A stretch of DNA of 42,531 nt. Origin: Ginglymostoma cirratum (taxonomy: Eukaryota). The stretch covers positions 25,646,533 to 25,689,063 of the forward strand of contig JAHRHZ010000062.1 of NCBI GenBank assembly GCA_024137785.1, written 5' to 3'. Positions 1 to 10,099 of this stretch are shown piece by piece (the stretch's first letter is position 1; the number at the start of each line of letters is the position of its first letter). The notes under the pieces are model-generated. The model was not told the origin of the DNA. It made no database searches and was given only the letters and a program-made list of their open reading frames with translations. The position numbers and the translations under genes are program-made.

Positions 1-158
1 TAATCTCAGAGGATAATTCCTAAGGGCAATAAGAAGTAAACTGGAGTGCACAATATACATAGTTATAAAACATTGTCATGTCTGCTTTGTTTAATTTGTT
101 CCATATAAAATTTGCTTTGTTGGTTTGTGTAAAAGTGAAATCTTGTGATATATTCTAC

Positions 159-485
159 GGTACAGTAGCTCAGTGGCTAGCACTATTGCCTCATAGCACC
201 AGGGACCCAGATTCAATTCCAACCTTGGGTGACTGTGTGGAGTTTACACATTCTCCCCACGTTTGGGTTTCCTCCGGATGCTCCGGTTTCCTCCTGCAGT
301 CCAAAGAGGTGCAGGTTAGGTGGACTGCCCATGCTACATTGCCCACAGTGTCCGGGAATGTGCAGGCTGTGGGGATCAGCCATGTGAAATGCAGGGTTAC
401 AGGGATCGGGTAGGGTCTGGGCAGAAGGGTGGGTATGGACATGATGAACCAAATGGCCAGCTTCCACATTGTAGGGATTCTATGA
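159..485 (+). mobile_element. HE1-like tRNA-derived V-SINE
   Basis: A-box-like tagctcagtgg, B-box-like gattcaattcc, conserved core gggtttcctccggatgctccggtttcctcc, tail gtagggattctatga shared with five other copies. Confidence 0.85.
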
Positions 486-634
486 AATGGATCACTAGAC
501 CTAACTTAATGGACTAAACAACCTTCTTTACAAAAAATAAGTCAACTTAATGAACTTGAAACATCTGTCCATTCTAAATAATGTTTCAACATTCTGTAAT
601 TGCTACGCTGAAATCTTGTTGGAACCAGGCTTAC

Positions 635-955
635 CAAATATTGTCAAAACATGACTGGATGAGACAGGCTTATTTGAAGTCCCAGTGTGAAGAATTTGCA
701 TTTTGAACTCTTTTCCGTGGTCCACGTAAGTTGGAGTGAATGTCCTTTTGGACCATCGAGAGTACGACCCAGATGATCCATCGAATACAATGTCACCCAT
801 TTCAATTCCACCTTCAGTTTTCTCAAACCCTTTGAGCCAGAATATTTCGTTGTCTTTTGGATAGAAATCGTAAGCTTTACAGAAAAGGGTTACAGGTTTT
901 CCTACCTCCGGGTGAACAGGATCAACTGTAACTTCTGTTAGCTTTGGTGCTAGTA
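635..955 (-). CDS. NCR3LG1: Exon 8, Ig C1-like domain (post-TM); gene continues beyond the left edge
   Basis: Acceptor tttgtttgtctgcag|TA, donor TTTG|gtaagc, 321 nt. LAPKL...VTLFCKAYDFYP...IFWLK...DHGKEFKMQILH, with the F-strand Cys replaced by Met. An assembly gap (1151-1250) lies in the preceding intron. Confidence 0.85.
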
Positions 956-1105
956 CTGCAGACAAACAAAATAAACAGTATTTTTGAGTTTGTATTAATG
1001 AAAATGCCACTATTTTTAAAGATCTCAAGTATCCCTTAATAAATTGTCAACCGTTGTTTTCTTGAACAAAGTGTTGCATTTCACCGACCCTCATTTCCAC
1101 CCCCA

Positions 1106-1106
<1 letters not shown>

Positions 1107-1150
<44 letters not shown>
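1107..1150. repeat. (CA)n microsatellite, at least 22 units, abutting an N gap
   Basis: Read directly. Confidence 0.98.
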
Positions 1151-1250
1151 NNNNNNNNNNNNNNNNNNNNNNNNNNNNNNNNNNNNNNNNNNNNNNNNNN
1201 NNNNNNNNNNNNNNNNNNNNNNNNNNNNNNNNNNNNNNNNNNNNNNNNNN
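1151..1250. other. Assembly gap (100 N)
   Basis: Run of N. Confidence 1.
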
Positions 1251-1445
1251 GTTGCTGGAAAAGCTCAGCAGGTCTGGCAGCATCTGTGAAGGAGAGGACA
1301 GAGTTACCGTTTTGTGTCCGGTGACCCTTCCTCAGCGGTGACCCTTCCTCAGAACTGAGGAAGTGTCACCCGACCTGAAACGATCACTCTGTTTTTTCCT
1401 TCATAGATGCTGCCAGACCAGCTGAGCTTTTCCAGCAACTTTGTT
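1251..1445. mobile_element. Palindromic Penelope-like-element (PLE) terminal-repeat derivative, family A
   Basis: Arms gttgctggaaaagctcagcaggtctggcagcatct and agatgctgccagaccagctgagcttttccagcaac are reverse complements. The centre carries ctgaggaag...gaaacg. Confidence 0.7.
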
Positions 1446-2654
1446 ATTGAATATTGTGAGGCCATTCAAGCCTAATTTTCCACATACTTGGAGGTTGGAT
1501 TTTGTAACGGTGGCATCATGGTTCGTTTTGCGAAGGGGTTATAAAAACTAAATTAGGTATGACAGTCCTTCCAAAACCGTGATATAACCCAGTATATGTC
1601 AGACAGGCAGGGACCCGAGGAGTACCAATTGATCTTTGTATGCACTGTGCTGCTTTAGGACACAGAGCTTAAGTATTGAAATTATTTCAATGAAGCTATA
1701 ACCTTTTTTTTATTCTACCTCACCAGAGCTTATCATTCAAAAAGGTTCTACCCAAGTCTTTCTTTCTTATTTTTGTTTGCAATTATTTTGGGCTTTTGTT
1801 TTAATTCTTGTATTTTTAAACAACAAAGAATATCAAATGGAATAGATTTCATAGGCAGCAAACCAAAACAACTGCAATTTCCTCAGGAACTGAAAATAGA
1901 GGCAGAGGATGGCCATAAGTAAAAAGCTCATTTAGAGAGTTATTATACATTAGAATACAAGAATGATTCAACGAAGTACAGCACTGAGCCACAAAAGATG
2001 GCATTAGATCAAAGCTTAATCAAAGAGGGGGATTTTAGCAAGTCAGCAATAAGACCAAGTGAATGGGCTCTCGTACCCCAGTGGTAGAGAGGTGGTGCAG
2101 AAATGAGGGGCAATTTCATAATTCCGTCATTCTATAGAAGAAAACAACCAAGTTAATTCAATTTTTGGGTGCACCCTTATCTCAAATCAGATCACTTCAG
2201 GTTATTGGCCTTCTCCACAGACCCTTTACAATGCAAAAGTAGTCTGCTGGTAATTTCAGTCATTAATTTAAATTTGAATATTAGTTTCAGGTTTTTTTTT
2301 TCCTTAATTCATTTATGCATTTTTCAATCCCAACTACAGTATTTAATACCCAAGCCAGATTCTGTTGTTGAAATAATGATGATGCAAATGGTATGTGCTG
2401 CGATTGATCCAGAAAATTGCACAGAAAGATCAGTTAAAGGGTTGATGTCTGGCTTAGCTCATGCACGTAAAATGTACAGTCCAAGTTGCCATCAGATTTG
2501 TCAGCATACCACAAATGGTACAGAGCTGCTGAATTTATGTAACAATGGATGAACTAAACATGCCAGAGAGAATTTGGGCTGTTCTGAACTCACTGCAGAA
2601 AGTTACGAGGTTGATCTGAAGTCAGACAAGAAACCCATTGTGGATGATGGATTC

Positions 2655-3045
2655 AAGCAAAAGAACTTTAGGGAGCCTAAAAGGCAATTAAAATCGAGGA
2701 TGAACAAAAGACCAGAAATCAAGAGACGCAGAGGTCTTGGAGGGTTGTGGTGGTGGGTGGAATTACACAGGTAGGAGCAGGCGAGACCACAGATGGATAC
2801 AAAAACAAGGATGAAAATTTGAAAACCAAAACGTCGCTTCACAGTGAGCCATTGCAAGGTCAATGAGCACAGCGGTGAATGAAATAGGGATTTGATGAAA
2901 GTTAAAAGGGCAGCAACATTTTAGATGATCTCAAGTTAGCACAGTGTAGAACTTGGGAGACCAGTCAGGAATGCATTGGGACTGTCATGTCTAAAAGCTA
3001 ACAAATGTATGAATGAGAATTTCAACAGAGGAGCTAAGACAGAAA
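2655..3045 (-). mobile_element. Degenerate L2-type LINE fragment
   Basis: Similar to 37650-38285; purine-rich antisense of an L2-like ORF2 3' end. Family assigned from memory. Confidence 0.45.
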
Positions 3046-3239
3046 CAAAGTACTAAAAAATTAAAGTTTCTTCAGGCACTAATTGTTGACGACTTTAGGA
3101 AATCATCATTCCAAAGGCAATTTTTACATAACTTTTATCTTGCTTTTCCTCCATCTTTCCTGGACATTAAACTCTCCCAAGCAAGTCTTTATTTCCACTT
3201 CTATCCTTGTGCTGTAAATTTCAGCACCTGATGGTGACA

Positions 3240-4190
3240 CAGACACCAGTCACAACAATGCTGTAAATGTCTCACTGACATTTGGGACGAACGTCAAATT
3301 GGAAGATCTGTTCCATGGAATTGTCAAGCATCAACATGACATAGTTATACTCATAGAATTATAAAAGGCAGCCAACACCCTAGACTCATTGTTCATATTC
3401 CTGGGTATGTCCTTAATGAGCAACAAGACAGATCCACAGGAGACGACAAAGATTAGCCCTGGGTGTCTTCTATTTCAGTGGCATTAGCTTAAATATGGGC
3501 AAGGTAACCTCCTGCTGATTACCACCTATCGTTTGCTTTTGGCTGATCAATCAATACTTCTCAAACACAACTTATACAAAGGACTGAGACCTGCAAGGGC
3601 ATGGAATATACGCTCAGAAATGAAGAATGCATCAACTGCAAGTAGGGTAGCTGCAAGTAAGCCAATCAAAGTGAAGAAAAATCTTCCTTGATTGTAATAG
3701 ATATATTAGTGGAGAAGCAAATAGTTCAGTAAATGCCAGACTGGTTGGAGTGAAATCCTATCTTTACACAGAATATGCTCTCCACCATATTATGCAACAT
3801 GAATAATATGGTAAATGGGATAACATTAGCACAGATCTAGCAGCTTACAACTTTGCATCCATGAGGTGCAATAATTCACCACAATCAGTACTTCATGGCT
3901 GTCAATATCTTTTATCCGATCATTGCCAACAAGCTAGGTGATTAGGCCTAGTATAATAGGGAGTGTACTAGAGCATGCCAGGAGCAGCATCAGGAACACC
4001 TAAAAATAACAAAATGTCAACCTGGGGAAGCGACAAGAAAAGGCTACCATTTATGTGAAACTGCTGAAGTAGATGCTTCAGACAGAGAGGACAAATGACA
4101 ATACCAATGGACCAATATAAAGCTCTGTAGTGTTGCCATATGCAGTCATGAATACTGCTATCCAAATAAACAAGTAATGAGAGGAGAATC
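3240..4190 (+). mobile_element. Degenerate LINE endonuclease-region fragment (same family as 10100-12072)
   Basis: Colinear similarity with 10480-11470, e.g. gtcaagcatcaacatgacatagttatactc vs gtcaagcaacagccttacgtagtcata, and acagatctagcagcttacaac vs ggatctaccaactcaagac. Confidence 0.6.
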
Positions 4191-4346
4191 CTGCATGTTA
4201 TGTGCTTAAAAGTCTCTGAAATTTTAAACTGTTTATACAAATGTGTGAGAAAGACTTTAAGAGTTTGAACCAATTATAAAAGGATCAATTATAATTTTCT
4301 TGGGTACTATGAAATTCTAGTACATATGACTAGTAACCTGGCAACT

Positions 4347-4826
4347 TGTGAAGGTAACTGGCACACAGATACAGAAAGATAAACACAGATAACCCAGTGA
4401 GGACAGGAAAGAAATCACTTTCATGAAGTGATCAGTTTTTTGTTTCACAGGAAAAGAGATAGAAATCTTTGGGAGGCTCTGAACAACCTGGTTGAAAGCT
4501 CAGAGACACCAGAGAGCTTGGTGTTTTCCCAGAAGTGGCCAAACCATGAACCAGGTTGTTTTTGGTTGTTCAACTGAAAAGGAACTTTGAAAGCTACACA
4601 CTCAGGAATGTCAATGATGCAAGGAACAGAAGATACTGTAGGGGTGTGTGTTAATAGTGATGATAATTGTACCTGAACCTTGGAGGTGAAAGTTATTGTC
4701 AGGTAGGACTCCTGAACTACCCTGTGTGAATAAAGAACTTTTGAGCAATAAGTGAAGCAAACAGTTATGGTTGCATACGCTGTATCTTGTTGTATTAACT
4801 ATATAAAGCAAATTTACCTTTTCACA
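4347..4826 (+). mobile_element. Possible solo-LTR-like remnant
   Basis: tgtgaaggtaa ... ttaccttttcaca terminal inverted motif with an internal AATAAA at about 4729. No TSD found. Confidence 0.3.
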
Positions 4827-4933
4827 TGTCTGCTAATTCATGTTTAATTTGGTGGTTCTGATTTGTACCAATGTAAAGCTACAAAAAAAAAGTGGAATCT
4901 TGGTAATTTGTTTAATTTGGAGATTATTCACAT

Positions 4934-5290
4934 GGCACAGAGCTCCAGTAGTTAGCACTGCTGCCTCACAGCACCAGGGATCCAGGTTCCATTCCACCCT
5001 CGGGCAACCGTGCGTGTAGAGTTTGCACATTCTCCCCATTTCTATGTGGGTTTCCTCCAGGTGCTCTAGTTTCCTCCCAAAGTCCACAGATGTGCAGGTT
5101 GGATGGACTGGCCATGTTAAATTGTTCATATTGCCCAGGAATATGCTGGTTAGGTGAATTAGTCAAGGGAAATGCAGGGTTACAGGGATAAGGTTGGGAG
5201 GGGTGGATCTGGGTGGGATGTTCTTTGGAGGGTTGCTAATGGACTCAGCAGGCCAAACAGCCTGCTTTCACACTGTAGGGATTCTATGAT
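4934..5290 (+). mobile_element. HE1-like V-SINE
   Basis: Same head, core and tail as the other copies. Confidence 0.85.
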
Positions 5291-5347
5291 TTAGCAAGTT
5301 TCATTGTCTTATAGTTTCTGCATGATGATTTAACAATAGTTACTTAC

Positions 5348-5659
5348 TGAGTTGATCAACCACCCAGTCAACTTCCAATGGCTGTGCTAGACTTTCATGG
5401 CTTACTTGGCAAGTGTATTTCTTCCCAACATCAGTTCTGCTCAGTGTACTCTTTACACTAGTTGTCAGGTGATAGAGTCCATCAATTCCCAGAGTGGGCT
5501 CACTTTGTTCAAAATTTTCTGTCACTTTTTCACCTTGTTTCAACCATGTTATTGTGATTCCGGGAGGGTAAAAAGAACGTATTTGACATTGCAAAGTCAT
5601 GCACTCTCCTGCAACTGGTTTTTCTACATCACACACTATCCTGTCCAATTTTGGTCGGG
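5348..5659 (-). CDS. NCR3LG1: Exon 7, Ig C1 domain (post-TM)
   Basis: Acceptor tttctttttcag|CC, donor CTCA|gtaagt, 312 nt. ARPKL...TLQCQIRSFYP...ITWLK...DGLY...DVGKKYTCQVSHESL is a canonical C1. Confidence 0.9.
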
Positions 5660-5782
5660 CTGAAAAAGAAATGAAAAGATTAAATATACCATAGGCTTTT
5701 AACAGACAAAAATGAGAAAATGGTATCAGTAAACACATTTAATCCATAGTTCTATACAAGGGACGTCAGAAGAATGACATAC

Positions 5783-6157
5783 CTGTAATTTGCAGAAATG
5801 TATCTTTCTGCTTGATAGTGTCAGAGTCGTTATGTTTTACCTCACAGATATACCTTGTTTCTTGGTCTCGCAGTATATCTGGCAAAATAACTAGGACACT
5901 GGTAATACCATAGGATTTATCTTCATATTCTACTTCACTGATTTGATGATGATATTTGGGCTTGTTACCATTGTTAGTAGCAAAGATGGTCCTGTCCTGA
6001 TGCCATCGAACAAGTTCCACATTATTATCCTTCCTGATTTGTTGCCATGTGATTTGAAGAGATTTTGGTTTAAATCCAATTATTGAACAAATCAAGGCTG
6101 CAGGTTCATTATGATAGATATGAAGTGGCACCACAATGTTTGAAATCTTTGGTGGGA
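5783..6157 (-). CDS. NCR3LG1: Exon 6, Ig C1-like domain (post-TM)
   Basis: Acceptor tttccctttcctaaag|TC, donor ACAG|gtatgt, 375 nt. VPPKISNI...LICSIIGFKP...ITW...DQETRYICEVKH. Confidence 0.88.
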
Positions 6158-6397
6158 CTTTAGGAAAGGGAAACAAAATAAAAAAGTCATCTCTTGAAAC
6201 TGAAAGAATTTCCATGTATTAATAAGAACAAGAAAATATTAATATCACAGGTTGCATTTTCTATGATGTAGACAGACTCCAGGCGGCACTACTAACAATA
6301 TGTTACATTGTATGAACAAATACACAAGTTTACAAAAAAAAACAGAATGGATTCATGAAGCATAAAAAAACGTGAAAATAACGTGTACATGATTTAC

Positions 6398-6838
6398 CTG
6401 CTTTAACATCCAGTGTTATAGCTTTTGACTTGGGTTGGGAAACAGTATCATGATAAACTTGAAGAATTAATTCAGCCCCATTATCACTTTTCACATCAGG
6501 ACAGACTTTGACTGTGCCCTCTAACTTGAAAGTCCTATTACTGTTACAGGATAAAGTTGGTTCAGAAGGTGAAAAAGATTTATCCTCTTCACAACAATTT
6601 ATAAGAAGCCGCCCTTCATCTTCATTATTTCGGCACATTGATTGCACATTATTTATATTATACCCATCTGTGCTATTCCAATCTAAAATTTCTTTTCCAT
6701 TTCCATTCTCTCTCCTCTTCAAGATTAAAACAACTCGAATCTTCGAAGGTTTAAATCCATAGACTTGGTAATTGATGAAATTTTCTTCCAAATGGTGAAT
6801 GACGGAAGAGGGTTTCATTTCAATAATTTCTGGAGGAA
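6398..6838 (-). CDS. NCR3LG1: Exon 5, degenerate Ig C1-like domain (post-TM, predicted cytoplasmic) with a long insertion
   Basis: Acceptor cttctttattag|TT, donor GCAG|gtaaat, 441 nt open. VPPEII...FINYQVYGFKP...DNGAELILQVYH...ITLDVKA keeps the C1 pattern but lacks both canonical Cys and the C-strand Trp. Confidence 0.85.
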
Positions 6839-6964
6839 CTAATAAAGAAGATTAAAACTTAACAATATAAATGCTCTTATTTGCTTACTCTGTTTCTTTT
6901 CCTTGCTACGGTGCAGGCAGAGTGCAAATGTAAGTCAATGATTCTGTTTTTTTTTAAATTATTC

Positions 6965-7226
6965 TTTCATAGGATGAGGATGTCACTGGCAAAGCAAACA
7001 CTTGTGGCCCATGCTGAACTTCCCTTGAATGGAGGGACTTGCTCAGTCATTTCAAACAGCAGTTGAGATTCAAGTAAACTGGCGCACGTCTGGAGTCATA
7101 TGTAATTTTCAATTCTGGATTTATTAATTGAATTTAATTGCAATAGTTGGTGTGATGGGACTTGAACCAATGTTTTCCAAAGCATTAGCCTGGGCTTCTG
7201 GATTACTAGTCCAGTGACATTAGCAA
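6965..7226 (-). mobile_element. tRNA-derived SINE of the family seen at 31503-31868
   Basis: Reverse complement of the head (ctggattactagtccagtgac) and tail (ttcataggatgaggatgtcactggc) motifs. Confidence 0.55.
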
Positions 7227-8439
7227 ACACCAGATACATAAGCGAGAGTTTCAGAGAAGTTTATGCTGTCTTTTCTCAATCCAAAAACAGACGAAAAACA
7301 TGTAAATTACATCCAATGGAAACTTTGGCTGGGATTTTCCCCTCTTGATCTCAAAGCTAATACGTTAGGTAGCAGCTTACATGTCACCTACACCAGTGAG
7401 ATAACTCACCCTGTTGCCACAGAATCAGTTCATTAAGAGCTGAGCAAGAGCATCGGAGTCTCTGAGTCCCAGTGTCTGTTGGTCAAAATCTATTCTGCAG
7501 GTGATCCAGCAATGAGAAGTTGTGTCTTTTATCATCTTCTCACAAGATGTGGACATTTGTGGAGGAGGTGGTGATTGGCAAGGCTTTGGGGGATGGGGGG
7601 TGTTGTTGTCAAGCGGCAGAGAAATTTCAGAGGTGACCCTCTTGCAAGTAGGTCACCCTGATTTTCTATTTGGGAGACTAGCCACTGTTCTTCCTTCCTG
7701 GGGAGGTAGGTGATCAAGGAACTGGTGGGGCAATGCCCACAAATGGCGATTAATAGACCACTTTAGGTCCTTAACCTCTAGCGAGTAGAGAAAGTTGCCA
7801 ATAGCCATTGTCACATAGCACTTAATTTCAGAGGGAGCAAGCAAAAATTCTGTCTTTTGTGTTAGAAGCTGGTCCCATACCAAGATTTAATTAATCATTA
7901 CTACAACCCTACTAACTGGACCAATTGTGAGCTTTTGAGGAGCCTCTTAATATTAAGAATAATAAAAACTCAGCAGGGCACCAGCAACCACAGAGAGAAA
8001 ACACAATCAATGCTTCAGGTCAATATTCATTCAGCAGAACTTAGCTGGGTCTGCTGAGGTTTTCCAGCATTATCAGCTTATACTTTCGTATTTTCAGTAC
8101 CTGCAGTATTTTACTTTTCTCTCAAAATGAGCCTTTTTGAAAGATACATGGACACCAGCAGTCAAGATTTAAAAGCTTCTGAATATCATTTTTCTTTTAA
8201 ATTACTAAGAAACTGACTACTGCACACAAACAAAACTAATAAATTGTTCTCTATACATTTAAATTATTTTTTTTTTAACTTGGGTAATCTGCACCAAATG
8301 GACTGCAGCAGTTCAAGAAGGTAGGCCACTGCACTCCTTTTAACAGCAACTAGAAACAGGCAATAAATGCTAGCCCAAGACACTGATTAAATTGCTTTCA
8401 TTGTGAAATCCACAGTATACATATGCGTGAGAAAACTGC

Positions 8440-9672
8440 ACCAGCCTAGGTACTTTTGTTCCCAGGGATATGAGAGAGGTGCCAGGGAACTGAAGAATTA
8501 CAAAACCTGTTCAAAAAAATAACGAGGATAAATCCAGCAAATGAAAGCTTATCTGTTTAACCTCAGTGGTGTGGAAGCCTTGTTAATTTTCTCTCAAAAT
8601 CATCTCTCGATCAGTTGAACAAGCATAAATTTATTAAGGAAAGCCAGCACAGTTTTGCTCGAGGAAGATCACTTATTTTGAAGGGACAACTGAGACGATT
8701 GATGAAGGTGATGTAGTTGTACAATCTATGTGGATGTTCAAGAGGTGTTCAAAGAAGTGTCACTTAATAAACTTGTCGGCAAATGTGAAGCCCATGAAAT
8801 GAATGGGACACTGGCAGTGTGGATATGAAATTGGTTGAGTGACAGGAACCAGGCAGAGGTGGCAAATGATTGTTTCTCAGGCTGGAGCCAGATTATACAA
8901 TGGGGTTTCTCAGGGATTCAGTGGAGTTAAAAGCACAATCAGATCAACCATATGGTGCCAAATGCCTCTATTCCTAATTCTAATGCTCTTAAGCATCGGT
9001 ACTATAGACTGCTGCTTTTTGAGAGACATATTAACGACTTGGACTTGGGTGCACGGGAAAAAAACTTGAAAATCCTTAGATGACATACAATGTGGTAATT
9101 TAGTGAACTGTGACAAGGCTGCTGATACACTGCAAGAAGATATAGGCAGTCTGGAACAGTAGGTGGGCAAGTGGCTGAGAAACATCATGGAGGAAAGTCT
9201 GAAGTTTCACATTTTATTAAGAGGATACAGAAGTCAGGAATGGTTCCAGGGATGAAAGATTTCAATTACATCAAAAAAATTGGAGAAGCTGCGCTTGTCC
9301 TTGTCAGAGCACAGCAGGTTAGAAAGAGATTTGATACAGCCATTCAAAATCACGAGGGTCCAAACACGGCAGATGGACACTGTTTCCACTAGTGGAGGGG
9401 TCAAGAATCAAAGGGGGAAAAATCGTGGCAAAAGAAAAGCAAGGCCGAAATAAGGACAAATCTTTTTAAGCAGCAAATGTTCTTGAGATGGAATGCACTT
9501 CTTTAAAAGGATTCAAATAAGTCTTGCAAAAGACAATTTGATTTTTAAGTACTTGAAAAAGAGATTATGGGGGCAACAGGGAAAAGGCAGAATGAAACCA
9601 GCTGCATTGTTCTGAGAGACAGCCAGTATGGATTTAATCAAACAGCCTCCTTCTATACTGTAACCACGTTAT
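8440..9672 (+). mobile_element. Degenerate CR1 LINE 3' fragment
   Basis: RT-region remnants (aaggaaagccagcacagtttt, gtggatatgaaattggttgagtgacagg) and a CR1-type 3' tail (aacagcctccttctatactgtaac). Confidence 0.7.
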
Positions 9673-9773
9673 AATTTTAGCTTTACTATGCTTAAATAAA
9701 TTTAATTAAAAGAAAAATTTGAAAAGAAACAAAAAAATTGCTCTTAATCAATACCTGATTACCAAATGTAGAA

Positions 9774-10083
9774 GGCACGGTGGCTCAGTGGTTAGCACTG
9801 CAGCCTCACAGCACCAGGGACCCGGGTTTAATTCCAACCTCGGGCGACTGTCTGTGTGGAGTTTGCACATTCTCCCCATGTCTGTGTGGGTTTCCTCCGG
9901 ACGCTCCGGTTTCCTCCCACAGTCCAAAGATGTGCAGGCTAGGTGGACTGGCCATGCTAAATTGCCCATAGTGTTCAGGGGTGTGTGGGTTATAGGGGGG
10001 GTGGGTCTGGGTGGGATGCTCCAAGGGTCAGTGTGGACTTGTTGGGCCAAAGGGCCTGTTTCCACACTATAGGGATTCTATGA
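9774..10083 (+). mobile_element. HE1-like V-SINE (best preserved copy)
   Basis: ggcacggtggctcagtggttagcactgcagcctcacagcaccagggacccggg... with tail tccacactatagggattctatga. Confidence 0.9.
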
Positions 10084-10099
10084 AGACATGTGAAAGTGG

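Noticed and set aside
78-517. Recurrent short ORFs such as CGRKPEHPEETH and WLALLPHS (also near 4833, 9719, 26248, 33645)
   Set aside because: They are translations of HE1 SINE copies.
635-6838. ITIM/ITAM motifs in the predicted cytoplasmic region
   Set aside because: The tyrosines I checked do not fit (I/V/L/S)xYxx(L/V) or paired YxxL, and most lie in predicted beta-strands.
9774-9845. tRNA genes
   Set aside because: The A/B boxes belong to SINE heads that continue into SINE bodies, and I could not see a complete cloverleaf.
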